Below are positions 62,615-64,000 of a stretch of 64,000 nt of DNA, piece by piece. Position numbers and translations under genes: made by a program. The notes beneath the pieces are model-generated. The model was not told the DNA's origin. It did no database searches and worked only from the letters and a program-made list of their open reading frames with translations. The DNA is from Clostridia bacterium (GTDB lineage: Bacteria > Bacillota > Clostridia > Christensenellales > UBA1242). The stretch covers positions 438-64,437 of the forward strand of contig JAFVWN010000025.1 in assembly GCA_017501645.1 (NCBI GenBank), given 5' to 3'. The first letter of the stretch is position 1, and every line of letters begins with the position of its first letter.

Positions 62615-62680
62615 GTGGCACAATAGTGTTAAAAAGAGGTTTAAAAAGGTGAAAAAAATTAAAACAACCCTTGTTTTTGT

Positions 62681-62709
62681 TTGGAGATTTTAAAAATATT
62701 GTATATAAT
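62681..62709 (+). promoter_or_regulatory. Possible promoter of the last surface-protein gene
   Basis: TTGGAG (62681-62686), 17-nt spacer, TATAAT (62704-62709). Confidence 0.4.
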
Positions 62710-62737
62710 AATAAGTGTGAAGGTATAAACTAAAGAG

Positions 62738-62851
62738 AAGGGGCTGAGAGCTTTTATAATCTCCCCCTTTGGTGCAAGCACCACCTTTCCCCCGTCCGGA
62801 GGAACCAAGAAAAATGGATTTTTTATTTTTTTTGGTTACGGAGTAAGGGGG
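62738..62851 (+). promoter_or_regulatory. Structured 5' leader with three consecutive hairpins built on G-runs and C-runs
   Basis: Hairpin A is 62738-62769 (AAGGGG..GAGA / TCTC CCCCTT). Hairpin B is 62770-62783 (TGGTG CAAG CACCA). Hairpin C is 62789-62851 (CCCCC, TCCG, AACCAA / TTGGTT, CGGA, GGGGG) and is followed by CTTGTTTTG. Confidence 0.35.
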
Positions 62852-62885
62852 CTTGTTTTGTAGAGAGATAAAAGAGGAGAAAGGA

Positions 62886-64000
62886 ATGAAAAAACTAAAA
62901 GCAATTTTAAGTTTTGTATTTGCTCTAGGTATAATATGTCTAGGCTTTTCTTTTGCATTTAATTTTGATACTAAAATTACTGCAAGTGCATTATCGCAAA
63001 CAGAAATTGTTGAAAATATTATGAATGGTGAGTGCGTAGAAAAAGGCGGTGCAATCTATTTATCTGCTGGCTCAACCTATAATATGAGTGGTGGAGAGAT
63101 AAGTGGACACTTTGCAGAAAAAGGCGGAGCTTTATATATAAGTGATGGTGCAGTATTTACAATGACAGGCGGAACAATCACTGGCAACTATGCAAAATAT
63201 GGCGGAGCAATCTATGTTGCAAATGGTGGTGAATGTTATATCAACGGAGGAACAATTACTGGAAACTATGGAATGAATGCCCCGGCAATTTATGTTGAAA
63301 CTGGTGGATTATTACAAGTAAGTGACGAAGCCCTAGTTGATGGAAATATCTTTTTAGAAAAGACAACACCAATTAATGTTTATGTTGACGGAACACTTGC
63401 AAAAACAATCAATGCTGGTGGTGAAAGTTATACTCTAAAAGAGGCAGATATGCCACTTGATTATGAACATTGTTGTGGATATTTTTTAGATAGTGAACTT
63501 AGAACAACAATAAAGAATGATACAATAGATTTAACCTCCGTAGGAGAAGAGATAACCTTTACACCAAGAACAGCAACGGCAGGCAGTGAAGGTATAAATA
63601 TTTATACAAGAACAGCAAATCCGGAAAGCGATTTTTCTTTTACTTATGATTCATCTACTCAAACATATAAAATAGGATTATCAAACAAGGATGTGGAAGG
63701 TATTGTTGTATTACCAAAAGAATATGATAATGTGCAGACTAGCATTGATTATACCAATCAGGGAATCTCTCTCTTTGAATTTAATAATGAGGTAAATTTA
63801 TGTTTACAGTCTGGAGTTTTAACAATTCCCGAATGTGCATTTTTTTATGTATACAATCTCAAAAGTATTACAATTCCAGACAGTGTCACAAGTATAGGGT
63901 ATGGAGCATTCGGTGGTTGCAATGGCTTAACAAGTGTAATAATACCGGATGGTGTAACAAGTATAGGGGATTTTGCTTTTCAGTCTTGCACTGGGTTAAC
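62886..64000 (+). CDS. Surface protein with signal peptide, PMP-like GGAIY beta-helix repeats and BspA-type LRR; 3' end beyond the window
   Basis: The ATG at 62886 follows the SD GAGGAG. Product starts MKKLKAILSFVFALGIICLGFSFA, then GGAIYLSAG..MSGGEISGHFAEKGGALYIS..MTGGTITGNYAKYGGAIYVANGG, then IPECAFFYVYNLKSITIPDSVTSIGYGAFGGCNGLTSVIIPDGVTSIGDFAFQSC. It is missing from the ORF track because it has no stop in the window. Confidence 0.85.
   Translation, partial: MKKLKAILSFVFALGIICLGFSFAFNFDTKITASALSQTEIVENIMNGECVEKGGAIYLSAGSTYNMSGGEISGHFAEKGGALYISDGAVFTMTGGTITGNYAKYGGAIYVANGGECYINGGTITGNYGMNAPAIYVETGGLLQVSDEALVDGNIFLEKTTPINVYVDGTLAKTINAGGESYTLKEADMPLDYEHCCGYFLDSELRTTIKNDTIDLTSVGEEITFTPRTATAGSEGINIYTRTANPESDFSFTYDSSTQTYKIGLSNKDVEGIVVLPKEYDNVQTSIDYTNQGISLFEFNNEVNLCLQSGVLTIPECAFFYVYNLKSITIPDSVTSIGYGAFGGCNGLTSVIIPDGVTSIGDFAFQSCTGL

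Noticed and set aside
62738-62800. A TPP riboswitch, prompted by GGGGCUGAGAGC ... CCCUUUG.
   Set aside because: The P3 hairpin between GGGG and CUGAGA is missing, and so is the ACCUGAUCUGG...GCGUAGGGA pyrophosphate-sensor helix. The downstream gene is a surface protein, not a thiamine gene.
62424-62885. A group II intron 5' end (GTGCG at 62424-62428).
   Set aside because: There is no domain V-like sequence and no IEP/RT ORF downstream, and the available length is far too short.

Overview
Low-GC, standard-code chromosome segment of a spore-forming Firmicutes-type bacterium (SpoIID, GerA-type germinant receptor operon, rpsF-ssb-rpsR, leuS, aspS-gatCAB). All family calls come from reading motifs by eye; no HMM or BLAST search was possible. 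One uninterrupted ORF of about 33 kb (11086/11119..44145, about 11,000 aa) takes up 52% of the window. It has an N-terminal signal/anchor, a BspA-type leucine-rich-repeat head, about 100 B-repeat-type modules (Listeria-Bacteroides 'Flg_new' type and its divergent variant), at least 16 MucBP-like modules, and a C-terminal beta-helix-like cap. I found no wall-sorting signal. Two smaller genes (4637..7336 and the 3'-truncated 62886..>64000) reuse the same module types. The second notable item is a candidate ribosome-mediated attenuator upstream of aspS-gatCAB: a 16-codon leader ORF with six consecutive Asn codons, followed by a perfect intrinsic terminator and a plausible antiterminator pairing. 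This sits in front of the operon that makes Asn-tRNA(Asn) by the indirect route. Also present:
- a heterodimeric ABC exporter with one degenerate ATP site;
- an ORF-free, repeat-bounded 840-bp region after rpsR that contains its own terminator;
- a G-run/C-run structured leader before the last surface-protein gene;
- a P-type ATPase with a Lys-rich N-terminal extension.
I recognised no rRNA, tRNA, CRISPR array, transposase or integrase. Six ORF-track starts look too long, and I moved them to SD-supported starts: 4521, 11119, 44457, 48904, 53722 and 55573.
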